A stretch of 61,007 nt of DNA from an uncultured Bacilli bacterium. Its GTDB lineage: Bacteria > Bacillota_I > Bacilli_A > RF39 > UBA660. The number at the start of each line of letters is the position of its first letter. The stretch's first letter is position 1. Of the stretch, positions 48,903-57,481 are shown in pieces. The translations under genes and the position numbers were made by a program. The stretch spans positions 1 to 61,007 of the forward strand of contig CANQOV010000003.1 in assembly GCA_947625575.1 (NCBI GenBank), given 5' to 3'. The notes below the pieces were generated by a model, which saw only the letters and a program-made list of their open reading frames with translations, did no database searches and was not told the origin of the DNA.

Positions 48903-50117
48903 TTAATTTTTAAATTCTCTAGTTTGTTTATTTATAGCTTTATTGATAATATTATTACCATATTTTTCTTTTAATTCATCTAGAGTTTTTTCTAATTTTT
49001 GATTTTCATAATTTTTATTTTCTTCAAAGATTGAGTACTGATAATAATCGTTTTCTGTTAATTGATTCAATCTAATTCCTACTAAACGTACAGTTTCTTC
49101 ATTAAAAGCTTTTAGATATATTTCTTTAGCATAATTATAGATTACACTACTTTGATTAGTAGGATTTACTAATGTTTTTTGATGAGATTTTTTTATGAAA
49201 TCACTAGTTTTGATAGTTACAGTTATTGTTTTGGCATATTTTTTTTCTTTTCTTAATCGTTCAGATACAACATCTGCTAGCAACGAAAAGTATTCACTTA
49301 AGTTAGAAAAACCACTTAAATCTTCTTCTAAAGTCAGTTCATTTCCAATACCTTTTAGAAGGTGCTCTTTGGAATCTACTGGCTCGTTATCTATTCCTTG
49401 GGCTTTTTCCTTAATAACTACGGCTTGATTTTTAAATATTTTTTGAAGTTTTTCTATTGGATAAGTTGCTAAATCTTTTATTGTTTTAATACCTAGTTCA
49501 TTTAATTTTTTTGATGTTTGTTTACCTATTCCATATAAATTTTCTATTGGTAAAGGGTACATTTTTGTTACTATTTCATTATTATAGAGTGTGTGAATTT
49601 TATCTGGTTTTTCAAAATCACTAGCCATTTTAGCACATAATTTATTATTAGCTATACCTATATTAACTGTAAAACCAAGAGTTGTTTTGATCTCTTCTTT
49701 TATTTTTTTAGCAAACTGTAGTTCATCACCATATAATTTTTTTACTTTTCCATAGTCAAGATAACACTCATCAATAGAGGCTATTTCGATATCAGGTGTA
49801 TATTTTTCTAATAAGTTAAATAAACTTGTAGACATCTTTTTATATAAACTAAAATTTGATTTAAATATTAATAAATTTGGACATTTTTTCATGGCTTGAT
49901 AGATAGTGTCAGCAGTTTTTATGCCAATATTTTTGCATGGTTGAGATTTTGCTAAGACAATACCTCTTCGATCTTTAGGATCTCCTCCAATTATGGCATA
50001 ACAATTTCTAATATCTTTAGGATAACCTTTTTTTAATAAGTCAATAGCAGTCCATGATAAAAAAGCATTATTTACATCTATATGCATGATAATATTTTCC
50101 AAAATTATCACCACCAT
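48903..50117 (-). CDS. dinB: DNA polymerase IV
   Basis: HIDVNNAF, SIDECY, AKMASDFEKPD; exact start uncertain. Confidence 0.95.
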   Translation of the reverse strand: MVVIILENIIMHIDVNNAFLSWTAIDLLKKGYPKDIRNCYAIIGGDPKDRRGIVLAKSQPCKNIGIKTADTIYQAMKKCPNLLIFKSNFSLYKKMSTSLFNLLEKYTPDIEIASIDECYLDYGKVKKLYGDELQFAKKIKEEIKTTLGFTVNIGIANNKLCAKMASDFEKPDKIHTLYNNEIVTKMYPLPIENLYGIGKQTSKKLNELGIKTIKDLATYPIEKLQKIFKNQAVVIKEKAQGIDNEPVDSKEHLLKGIGNELTLEEDLSGFSNLSEYFSLLADVVSERLRKEKKYAKTITVTIKTSDFIKKSHQKTLVNPTNQSSVIYNYAKEIYLKAFNEETVRLVGIRLNQLTENDYYQYSIFEENKNYENQKLEKTLDELKEKYGNNIINKAINKQTREFKN

Positions 50118-50161
50118 AACTACACTTATATTGTAACAAAACAGTCTTATAAAGTCTATAT

Positions 50162-51406
50162 TTATGTTTCAGATTTTGGTAAGAGTATTTTTACTTCAGT
50201 ACCTTTTTTCTTGTTTGATGAGTATTCAATGATACCATTATGTTGTTTTATTATTTCATATGATAGAGCTACCCCAATACCTGTTCCATGTTCTTTAGTG
50301 GTATAAAACATTGTTCCTATTTTTTTTAAAGTTTCTTCATCCATACCTTCCCCATTATCAGTTATTTTAATCATTACATTTTTATCGACACATTTCATTT
50401 CTATTTCTATTTTACCTTTTTCTTTTATAGCCTCCATGGCATTTTTCAATAAATTTATAAAAACTTGTTTTAATCTTAAATAATCTGCTTCGATATAGAC
50501 TTCATCAGTGGGAAATCTTGATTTTATTGTAATTGATTCTTTATTCATGATTGTTTTCATAGAATCTATTGTCTCTTGGACTAATAATACTATATCAATG
50601 ATATCTTTATTAATTTTAATTTTTGTATAGTCATTAAAATCTTCCATTAGGCACAGTGTTCTATCTACTTCTTTTTGAATTATGGAATTATATTGTTTTA
50701 CTTTATCAATATTATTATATTCCATCATTGATAGATAACCTTTACATACTGCAAGAGGATTTTTTACTTCATGTACTATTTGAAATAAAGCATTTTTTAA
50801 TGTTTTTTCTTTTTCTAAGTCTTTAAATGAATAGTTTAAAGATATTATATTTTCAATACTATCTACTAGTTTTAACATAGAATAGCATAAGAAATAAAAA
50901 GTTATTAATATAACAAATAACTTAGTTATAATTACAAAAATATTGTTATCATTTGGGAAAATATAGATTGCTAAAATGGATAAAATTATTCCTTTGACAA
51001 AACAAAAAATATTTAGGATTGATAGATAGTCTTTTTTGTTATATTTAATTATTAAAAAGATGATGTTATATATTGCGTATTCTAATATTAGAAATGGTAT
51101 ATTTATTTTGTAGACTAAATAATAGTAACTAATAATAGCAAGTGATATTATTATTGAAGTTGTATATCTTTTGTTTAGTATAGTAATTATTAAGGGAACG
51201 TTTATAAATAAGAATAAATATATTGAATTATCATTAGATATAGTATATTTAGTAAACATATAAAATGATGTTAAGCAGGCTACATCTAGTAAAACTAAAT
51301 TTTTATTGCGATTTAGATTATTGTTACTTGCTACATATATTAAATATATTAATATTGGGTATGATAATAATATTAATGATACTACAGTCTGTTCTAAAAA
51401 ATACAT
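50162..51406 (-). CDS. Orphan membrane sensor histidine kinase (sporulation-kinase-like)
   Basis: HEVKNPL H-box, LKQVFINLLKNA, DNGEG, GTGIG; N-terminal multi-transmembrane domain; start at ATG 51406 (RBS GGTGA). Confidence 0.9.
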   Translation of the reverse strand: MYFLEQTVVSLILLSYPILIYLIYVASNNNLNRNKNLVLLDVACLTSFYMFTKYTISNDNSIYLFLFINVPLIITILNKRYTTSIIISLAIISYYYLVYKINIPFLILEYAIYNIIFLIIKYNKKDYLSILNIFCFVKGIILSILAIYIFPNDNNIFVIITKLFVILITFYFLCYSMLKLVDSIENIISLNYSFKDLEKEKTLKNALFQIVHEVKNPLAVCKGYLSMMEYNNIDKVKQYNSIIQKEVDRTLCLMEDFNDYTKIKINKDIIDIVLLVQETIDSMKTIMNKESITIKSRFPTDEVYIEADYLRLKQVFINLLKNAMEAIKEKGKIEIEMKCVDKNVMIKITDNGEGMDEETLKKIGTMFYTTKEHGTGIGVALSYEIIKQHNGIIEYSSNKKKGTEVKILLPKSET

Positions 51407-51481
51407 AATAATCACCATATTAATAATAGTTCTTTATTATGTATTTTTTTGTCGAATTTTGAATATTTTTATATTTTTTTG

Positions 51482-51793
51482 TTATTTGATGTCATCAATA
51501 TATTTTTTTAGTTGTTTAGAATTTGGTCCTAAAATTATTTTTAGTTGATTATCTAGTTCTACTATTCCTTTGGCACCTAGATTAATAATAGATTCTTTGT
51601 CTACTTTGGATATGTCTTTTAACGTTACAATAAATCTAGACATATTGACTTCAGTATCGATTATGTTATCTTTTCCTCCAAGATAATCTACTAATTTATT
51701 CATGTCTAATTTAATGTCTTTTGTATTTAGTTTTAAAATTGCTAATAAAAATATAATAAAAAATATAATTATTATTAAATATTCGTATTTCAT
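51482..51793 (-). CDS. Membrane-anchored PTS EIIB-like domain lacking the catalytic Cys
   Basis: LGGKDNI...NMSRF.VTLKD...V...LGAKG...Q.KIILG matches the Glc-family EIIB fold; N-terminal transmembrane helix. Confidence 0.75.
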   Translation of the reverse strand: MKYEYLIIIIFFIIFLLAILKLNTKDIKLDMNKLVDYLGGKDNIIDTEVNMSRFIVTLKDISKVDKESIINLGAKGIVELDNQLKIILGPNSKQLKKYIDDIK

Positions 51794-51933
51794 TTATCTC
51801 ACCTATGTTAATTATACTAGAAAGCTGGAAAATTTAAAAGTGTTTTTTCATATATTATTAATAGGTATTAGTAATACACTAAATGTTTCTATTATGAATA
51901 TCTTATATTAGAAACAAATAAAGGAGTGATAAG

Positions 51934-52350
51934 ATGAGTGATAATCAATGCTGTATAGCTAACATCTTGGAAGTTATTTGTGTTTTACAAAATCAAGCTG
52001 GTAAATTAGATGATGTTCAAAATACTTGTGATAGACCTTTTTTAGGAAATGGTAATACATCAAATACATTTGTGTATAATACAAGACCTGTTAATTGTTA
52101 TACACCTAATAATCAATTAATAACAATGCCATATACTCTTACAACAAGTGGAGGTACCACTACTGGAAGTTCTAGTGCATTTAGGATTGAAAAGATTTGT
52201 GATAATTGTTTAACATTTAGAGTTTTAGCTCCAAATCCTGATACTACTTCAGTTTTACCATATGTTGCTACTGATTCTTTCTTTACATTAAATTGTGATT
52301 GTGTATGTGCAGTTAGCTGTTTACCAGATACATTTATTGATTGTATTTAA
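51934..52350 (+). CDS. CotY/CotZ-family spore coat protein 1
   Basis: Cys-rich; CIANILEVICVLQ, NTRPV, FRIEKI.D.C..FRVL, TDSFFTL.C.C.CAVSCL. Confidence 0.75.
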   Translation: MSDNQCCIANILEVICVLQNQAGKLDDVQNTCDRPFLGNGNTSNTFVYNTRPVNCYTPNNQLITMPYTLTTSGGTTTGSSSAFRIEKICDNCLTFRVLAPNPDTTSVLPYVATDSFFTLNCDCVCAVSCLPDTFIDCI

Positions 52351-52364
52351 AAGGGGGTGAAATA

Positions 52365-52787
52365 ATGGAAAATAATAATAGTAATTCTAGTTGTTCTTGT
52401 TTTACTGATATATTGTGTACGATAGTAAAATTACAAAAACAGGGACAATGTTTAGATTCTGGACTTACTACTTGTGATAGACCATATTTAGGAGTAAATT
52501 CTAATTCTGTTGTTTATAATACTAGACCAGTAAGTTTTTATACCTGTGCTAATAATACAGCTTGGACTATGCCTTATACTTTAAATGGTGTTAGTGGTAC
52601 AAGTAGCGTATTCCGTTGTGAAGCTGTTGAGGGTTGCTGTTGTACATGTCGTGTATTAGCTTTAAATCCTGATCCTACTACTAGTGCTTTGACACCATAT
52701 GTTGCAACTGATTCTTTCTTTACTATTAATCTAGATTGCATTGGAGCTTTACGTTGTCTTGATGATACTTATATTGCTTGTATTTAA
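52365..52787 (+). CDS. CotY/CotZ-family spore coat protein 2
   Basis: Paralog of the upstream gene (CDRP.LG, YNTRPV, PYVATDSFFT); start at ATG 52365 (RBS AGGGGGTGA). Confidence 0.75.
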   Translation: MENNNSNSSCSCFTDILCTIVKLQKQGQCLDSGLTTCDRPYLGVNSNSVVYNTRPVSFYTCANNTAWTMPYTLNGVSGTSSVFRCEAVEGCCCTCRVLALNPDPTTSALTPYVATDSFFTINLDCIGALRCLDDTYIACI

Positions 52788-52824
52788 AAACTTCAGTTTC
52801 TTGTTTGAAACTGAAGCTTTTTTT
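52787..52824. terminator. Bidirectional terminator after the cot pair
   Basis: CTTCAGTTTC-TTGTTT-GAAACTGAAG with T tract. Confidence 0.8.
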
Positions 52825-53125
52825 ATTGCTCCTTAATACTGATAATATCTGATAATAAAATTTTATCATTATCTAGTGTTATTAGATAATTTTTTAGTTT
52901 TCCTGCTATTTTGGTATTATATGTTTTGTTTTTAGTAATAATTGTGACCTTTTTATTAAAAATATAACTACCACTGGTTTCTAATCTATCTAAAGTATCA
53001 AGTGGACTTTCATTATATGATAAATCAGAATTTTTTTTGGTATTATTTAAAAATGAATAATACACTTCTTTATTGTTATTAATAGTTTTATTTATATTAG
53101 GTTTAAAAATATTTGGTAAAGCCAT
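52823..53125 (-). CDS. Hypothetical protein
   Basis: 100-aa ORF with RBS AAGGAG; beta-rich C-terminal half. Confidence 0.7.
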   Translation of the reverse strand: MALPNIFKPNINKTINNNKEVYYSFLNNTKKNSDLSYNESPLDTLDRLETSGSYIFNKKVTIITKNKTYNTKIAGKLKNYLITLDNDKILLSDIISIKEQ

Positions 53126-53203
53126 TTGTTCATCTCCTTAAAGTTCTATTACATTTTATGATTTGCAGTAATAAAAAATTACATATTTATCCATAATAAT
53201 AGT

Positions 53204-54322
53204 ATGAAAACATATCTTAAAAATAATAAAAAAATTCTTTTTTGTCTTTTGATATTTTATCTTATTAGTATATTAGCAATAAGTAGTTTTTCTGTTTTTT
53301 TGTCTAGTTCTTATGGAAATTTAGTTATTAAACAAACTATAAATTATGTTATTGGTATTATTATTTTGTTAGTTTTTTTAAAAATACCACATGAAGTGAT
53401 ACTAAAATTTAGTTTTTGGATATATTTAGTAAATGTTTTAGCACTTTCGGCTCTTTTGTTTTTTGCTCCTAGTATCAATGGAATAAAAGCTTGGTTTGTC
53501 ATACCTTTTTTAGGGAATATTCAACCTAGTGAGTTTATGAAGATAGGAATTATTTTGTTTTCTTGTAAAATTATTTCTTCTTCTAAGATTTTGGGGTTTA
53601 AAAATGAGCTTATGTTGATTTTAAAATTGTTTATTGTAGTTTTAATTCCTTGTATTTTAACTTTTTTAGAGCCTGATACTGGAGCAGTTATTATTTATTT
53701 AGTTATTTTTGTTACTTTGTTGTTTTTAAGTGGAATAAGGTTTAGGTGGTTTGTTTTCTTTTTTATTGTTTTAGGTGGTTTATTGGGTGGAATTTTATAT
53801 TTGTTTTTTTACCAAAAAGAATTATTTATTAAAATTATTGGAAGTAGTTTCTTTTATAGATTAGATCGTTTACTTGATTGGAATAATTCTTCTGGTATGC
53901 AACTGGAAAACTCAATTATTGCAATTGCTTCAAGTGGACTATTTGGACATGGTTATAAAAAAATACCAATTTATTATCCTGAGGGACATACTGATTTTAT
54001 TTTTACTTCTTTTGTTTCTTCATTTGGTTTAGTTGGGGCAATTTTGTTATTTGTTTCTATTACATATTTCGATTACAATATTTTTAAATATGCTAAAAGA
54101 CAAGAAAATGCAATTAGTAAATATGCAATTACAAGTTTTTTGGTGGTAATAATATATCAGCAAATTCAAAATATGGCGATGACTGTGGGGCTTTTGCCGA
54201 TTACTGGAATTACGCTTCCTTTTATTAGTTATGGTGGCTCTAGCCTTTTGTCATTTTTTATAATTTTAGCAATAATTTTTAGTTTGGAAAATAAGTTTAC
54301 AAAAAAAAGAAAATATAAGTGA
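53204..54322 (+). CDS. rodA: SEDS family protein (RodA/FtsW/SpoVE)
   Basis: NIQPSEFMK, EPDTG, PEGHTDFIF, ITGITLPFISYGGSS. Confidence 0.93.
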   Translation: MKTYLKNNKKILFCLLIFYLISILAISSFSVFLSSSYGNLVIKQTINYVIGIIILLVFLKIPHEVILKFSFWIYLVNVLALSALLFFAPSINGIKAWFVIPFLGNIQPSEFMKIGIILFSCKIISSSKILGFKNELMLILKLFIVVLIPCILTFLEPDTGAVIIYLVIFVTLLFLSGIRFRWFVFFFIVLGGLLGGILYLFFYQKELFIKIIGSSFFYRLDRLLDWNNSSGMQLENSIIAIASSGLFGHGYKKIPIYYPEGHTDFIFTSFVSSFGLVGAILLFVSITYFDYNIFKYAKRQENAISKYAITSFLVVIIYQQIQNMAMTVGLLPITGITLPFISYGGSSLLSFFIILAIIFSLENKFTKKRKYK

Positions 54323-54333
54323 TTATTTTCTTT

Positions 54334-55473
54334 TTATTTGATAATATTATAAGCTAGTTTCCACGAAAGTATTCTTTGAACTGCCATATTTATGGTGTCA
54401 ATGGAAATTTTGTTGTTATTGATATTTTGTTTTACTTCATTATACATATTAATAAAATCAGAAGTTATAATTATATCATTTCCAGCGTTAATTGCTAAAG
54501 TTGCCGCTTCTTTGTTATCAGCATATTTTTTTATTGCGTCCATGGATAAATCATCTGTCATAATTATACCTGTAAACTTTAGTTTATTTCTTAGTTCATC
54601 ATGCATTGTTTTGCTTAAAGTTGCAGGATATTTATTATCAATTGAAGTAACTATATTATGTGATACCAATATAACTGGCACTTTGGATTCTATACCACTT
54701 TGAAATGGCAGATAGTCACTATTTAAAAAAGTTTCATAACTTCTTTCGTCGATTGCTATACCTGTATGAGTATCTTTATTATTACCATATCCCGGAAAAT
54801 GTTTAAGGGCTGATGAAATACCTAAATCGTTAGAGTATCCTACCATATTTGTAACATACTCACTTGTTTCTTTAGCAGATTTTCCAAAACTTCTTTCATA
54901 GATGTAGTCATTTTTATTAGTAGAGATGTCTACAACTGGGGCAAGATTTAAGTTGATTCCAAGATCAAGCAATAAGCTTAGTTTTTCATATTCTTGTTCT
55001 TTTAATAAGTCATAGCCTCCTTCATTGTAGATATCTTTTGGAGATAAAAATGGCGTTTTGCGAAAAGCTTTATATTTACTTACACGCACAACTGTTCCGC
55101 CCTCTTCATCTACAGCAAAAATAAGAGGTGTTTTGCTTAAACTTTGATTTTTATTTAATTTTTCTTTGATAGTTGATTTTGTTTCATTTTCAAAATCTTT
55201 AGCATATAAAACAAAACCACTAGGATAATAATTTTTGATTTGTTTTTCGGCTTCATTAGAATATCTAACTAAAAACATTTGACCTATTTTTTCTTCAATA
55301 GACATGTTTTGTAATAGTTCGCTTGCCTTAGTATAATAATCTTCAAATAAATCTTTTGGTTGTTCTTCTTTTGTGGTTTTTTTAACGTTATCTTTTGGTG
55401 ATATAAGTAATACAATTAGAACTGCCACTAAAACAATTGTTGTTAAAGAAATTAGGATTTTATTTTTTGACAT
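54334..55473 (-). CDS. nagZ: GH3 beta-N-acetylhexosaminidase, membrane-anchored
   Basis: VDEEGGTV.R, NLAPV.D, KHFPGYG...DTH, MTDDLSM. Confidence 0.9.
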   Translation of the reverse strand: MSKNKILISLTTIVLVAVLIVLLISPKDNVKKTTKEEQPKDLFEDYYTKASELLQNMSIEEKIGQMFLVRYSNEAEKQIKNYYPSGFVLYAKDFENETKSTIKEKLNKNQSLSKTPLIFAVDEEGGTVVRVSKYKAFRKTPFLSPKDIYNEGGYDLLKEQEYEKLSLLLDLGINLNLAPVVDISTNKNDYIYERSFGKSAKETSEYVTNMVGYSNDLGISSALKHFPGYGNNKDTHTGIAIDERSYETFLNSDYLPFQSGIESKVPVILVSHNIVTSIDNKYPATLSKTMHDELRNKLKFTGIIMTDDLSMDAIKKYADNKEAATLAINAGNDIIITSDFINMYNEVKQNINNNKISIDTINMAVQRILSWKLAYNIIK

Positions 55474-55528
55474 AATTTCACCTCGCTTCTTTTTTTATTA
55501 TAACTAAATTTATTTGTTAATATACGAT

Positions 55529-56662
55529 TTATAATTGCTTATTTTTGTTCTGACTAGCAACATATTGTTCATAAAAAATATTAGTTTGATCTTGAGGATT
55601 GGATGTCATAGTTAAATCAGTTACAACTTTTCTTAATGTTGGCTCGTTTGTTGATAGTACTTTTCGAAAATTAATACTTTTATCTTTTTTACCATTAATT
55701 TTTTGGTAGCGAGAGAAAAACTTGGTATTCCCTGTTGTTAAAAATTCTAGAAGAGCATGTCTTGCTTGATGTTCGTTATGGTTTGTTTGAGTTAGTTCGA
55801 TTGTATATTGCAATGCTTTTAATAGTTGTTGTTCTTCTAGTTCTGGTTGTTCAAAGAAAGATTCTTGTTCTACTGGCATATTGCCATTTATAAGGCGATG
55901 ATGAGAAAAAAATAATTTTAAATCATTAGATTGTAAAGCATTTAAGATTAAAATATTTATTTGTTCTAGATTTGGATCGCTATTTTGAGCATTTTGTTTG
56001 ATAAACAAGCCTAAATCTTCAATTGATACATTGCCATTATTAGCTCTACTAAGGATATACTTGGATATGTGTTTGGCTACTTCATCATTATAAGAATAGT
56101 TATTATCGCAGGCAAACCCAATATTATCTTTTTGGATAACAAAAGGATTTGGATTTAAACTTCCCTCTTTTAAATAAGGATTATTTTTTACAAAACTCAT
56201 TATTTTCATGGCATCTGTAGGTTTGGCTACTCTTATAACTATATCATCACTTCTAATTAATTTTGATATTTTTGATTCATGAGCGATATCTTCTTTTTCT
56301 AGATAGTTAAATATAAGATTTGCTCCGTTGTATATATGACTTTTATCTAGTGGTATATATAATTTTATGGGATTTTCAACAGTTTGAAGAGAATTATTTT
56401 TATCACGAATAAAGCGACAAAAATAAGGATTATTTTCATCTTGAAAAACTTCTGTATCACTATTTTTAAAATCGTTTATCCACTGATCAAAAAATGGCTC
56501 AATATTTCTTGATTCATCATCAATTTGTGGTAATCCATATATTTGTAAATTACGATAAACTACTTTTTGAAAGTCTTCTTGGGTGTAGTGATAGACATTG
56601 TTGTATTTTAAATATAGTTCATACATGTTTTTTAAGAAAGTATCAGCTTCATATTTCTTCAT
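55529..56662 (-). CDS. Hypothetical cytoplasmic protein (possible HopA1/OspF-like lyase fold)
   Basis: Start at ATG 56662 (RBS GGTGA); motifs KLYIPL, HESKIS, RSDDIVIR; fold call is speculative. Confidence 0.65.
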   Translation of the reverse strand: MKKYEADTFLKNMYELYLKYNNVYHYTQEDFQKVVYRNLQIYGLPQIDDESRNIEPFFDQWINDFKNSDTEVFQDENNPYFCRFIRDKNNSLQTVENPIKLYIPLDKSHIYNGANLIFNYLEKEDIAHESKISKLIRSDDIVIRVAKPTDAMKIMSFVKNNPYLKEGSLNPNPFVIQKDNIGFACDNNYSYNDEVAKHISKYILSRANNGNVSIEDLGLFIKQNAQNSDPNLEQINILILNALQSNDLKLFFSHHRLINGNMPVEQESFFEQPELEEQQLLKALQYTIELTQTNHNEHQARHALLEFLTTGNTKFFSRYQKINGKKDKSINFRKVLSTNEPTLRKVVTDLTMTSNPQDQTNIFYEQYVASQNKNKQL

Positions 56663-56825
56663 TATCATCACCAGCATTAATTTTTGATAGATCAATTTCT
56701 AGGGTATCAGATAAAATATCATCGTTTTGATTATTTTCTATATTTTTGTTTGATTCATTTTGCTCAATTTCAGAAGAAGGATAATTTGGATCTACAAAAA
56801 AAATATTATCATTTACATTTCCCAT
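56649..56825 (-). CDS. Small acidic hypothetical protein
   Basis: 58 aa from ATG 56825 (RBS GAGGT); overlaps the start of the next gene. Confidence 0.5.
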   Translation of the reverse strand: MGNVNDNIFFVDPNYPSSEIEQNESNKNIENNQNDDILSDTLEIDLSKINAGDDNEEI

Positions 56826-56872
56826 AATCTTTACCTCAATTATATAAGTTAATTTTATCATAATTTCAAAAT

Positions 56873-56897
56873 AAAAGTAACCCTTTCGAGTTACTTT
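56873..56897 (-). terminator. Terminator after the 56957 pseudogene
   Basis: AAAGTAAC/GTTACTTT stem. Confidence 0.7.
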
Positions 56898-56956
56898 GTC
56901 TAATAAATACTTTATTTATATTTATTTTGTTTTTTAAAATTTAATAATTTAAAAAA

Positions 56957-57233
56957 TTATCTTGTTCTTGTATATGGTTTTTCTTCATCGTAGTAAGTTA
57001 CTGTTCCGTCTTCATCAATTAAAGTTGCTGCAATTTCTTTTGCTTTTTCATGTGAATCTTTACCATCTACAACTAAAACTTGAGTATGCGTAGAATCAAA
57101 TATTAACGTATCTCCAGTTGAAGAATCTATTGTTTGTCATTTACCATCTTTATCTACATCGCCTTTTATATCTAACACTATAGTATTTCCATCTTCACAT
57201 AATATCTCTTCTTTAGTTATTTTATTTTTTCAT
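56957..57233 (-). pseudogene. Disrupted small acidic ORF
   Basis: Promoter TGcTATAAT and RBS GGGAG before ATG 57233. A +1 frameshift in an A6 run and an in-frame TGA (57137-57139) interrupt MKNKITKEEILCEDG...GK*QTIDSS...KPYTRTR. Confidence 0.6.
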
Positions 57234-57363
57234 CTAATATTCTCCCACCCACTTTTGGGGTCTTGTCCCTTTTAACAAGTGTCTAGATTATAGCACTTTT
57301 CTAAGAAAATGTTGAATTTTTAAAATAGAGCAATAAATGATTACTATAGATTGTAAAAATTAG

Positions 57364-57429
57364 AAAAAGCAGATATTCAATCAGCTCTTTCTATATAAGA
57401 CGAGGCTGATTTAGGAATATCTGCTTTTT
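57364..57429. repeat. 66-nt long hairpin (terminator or small element)
   Basis: Perfect 15-bp AAAAAGCAGATATTC/GAATATCTGCTTTTT enclosing AATCAGC/GCTGATT. Confidence 0.75.
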
Positions 57430-57481
57430 ACAACAATAATATAATAAAATTCTAAAAAAATGTCAAATTTTTTATCATTAA

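Noticed and set aside
53192-53206. Leaderless transcription of rodA (CATAAT 6 nt before the ATG, no RBS)
   Set aside because: No convincing -35 or extended -10; too weak in AT-rich DNA.
56957-57233. In-frame TGAs as evidence for UGA=Trp (code 4)
   Set aside because: infB (18118-18120) and ftsY (47904-47906) end in TGA within start/stop overlaps, and the rpoD WW motif uses TGG, so the genome uses code 11.
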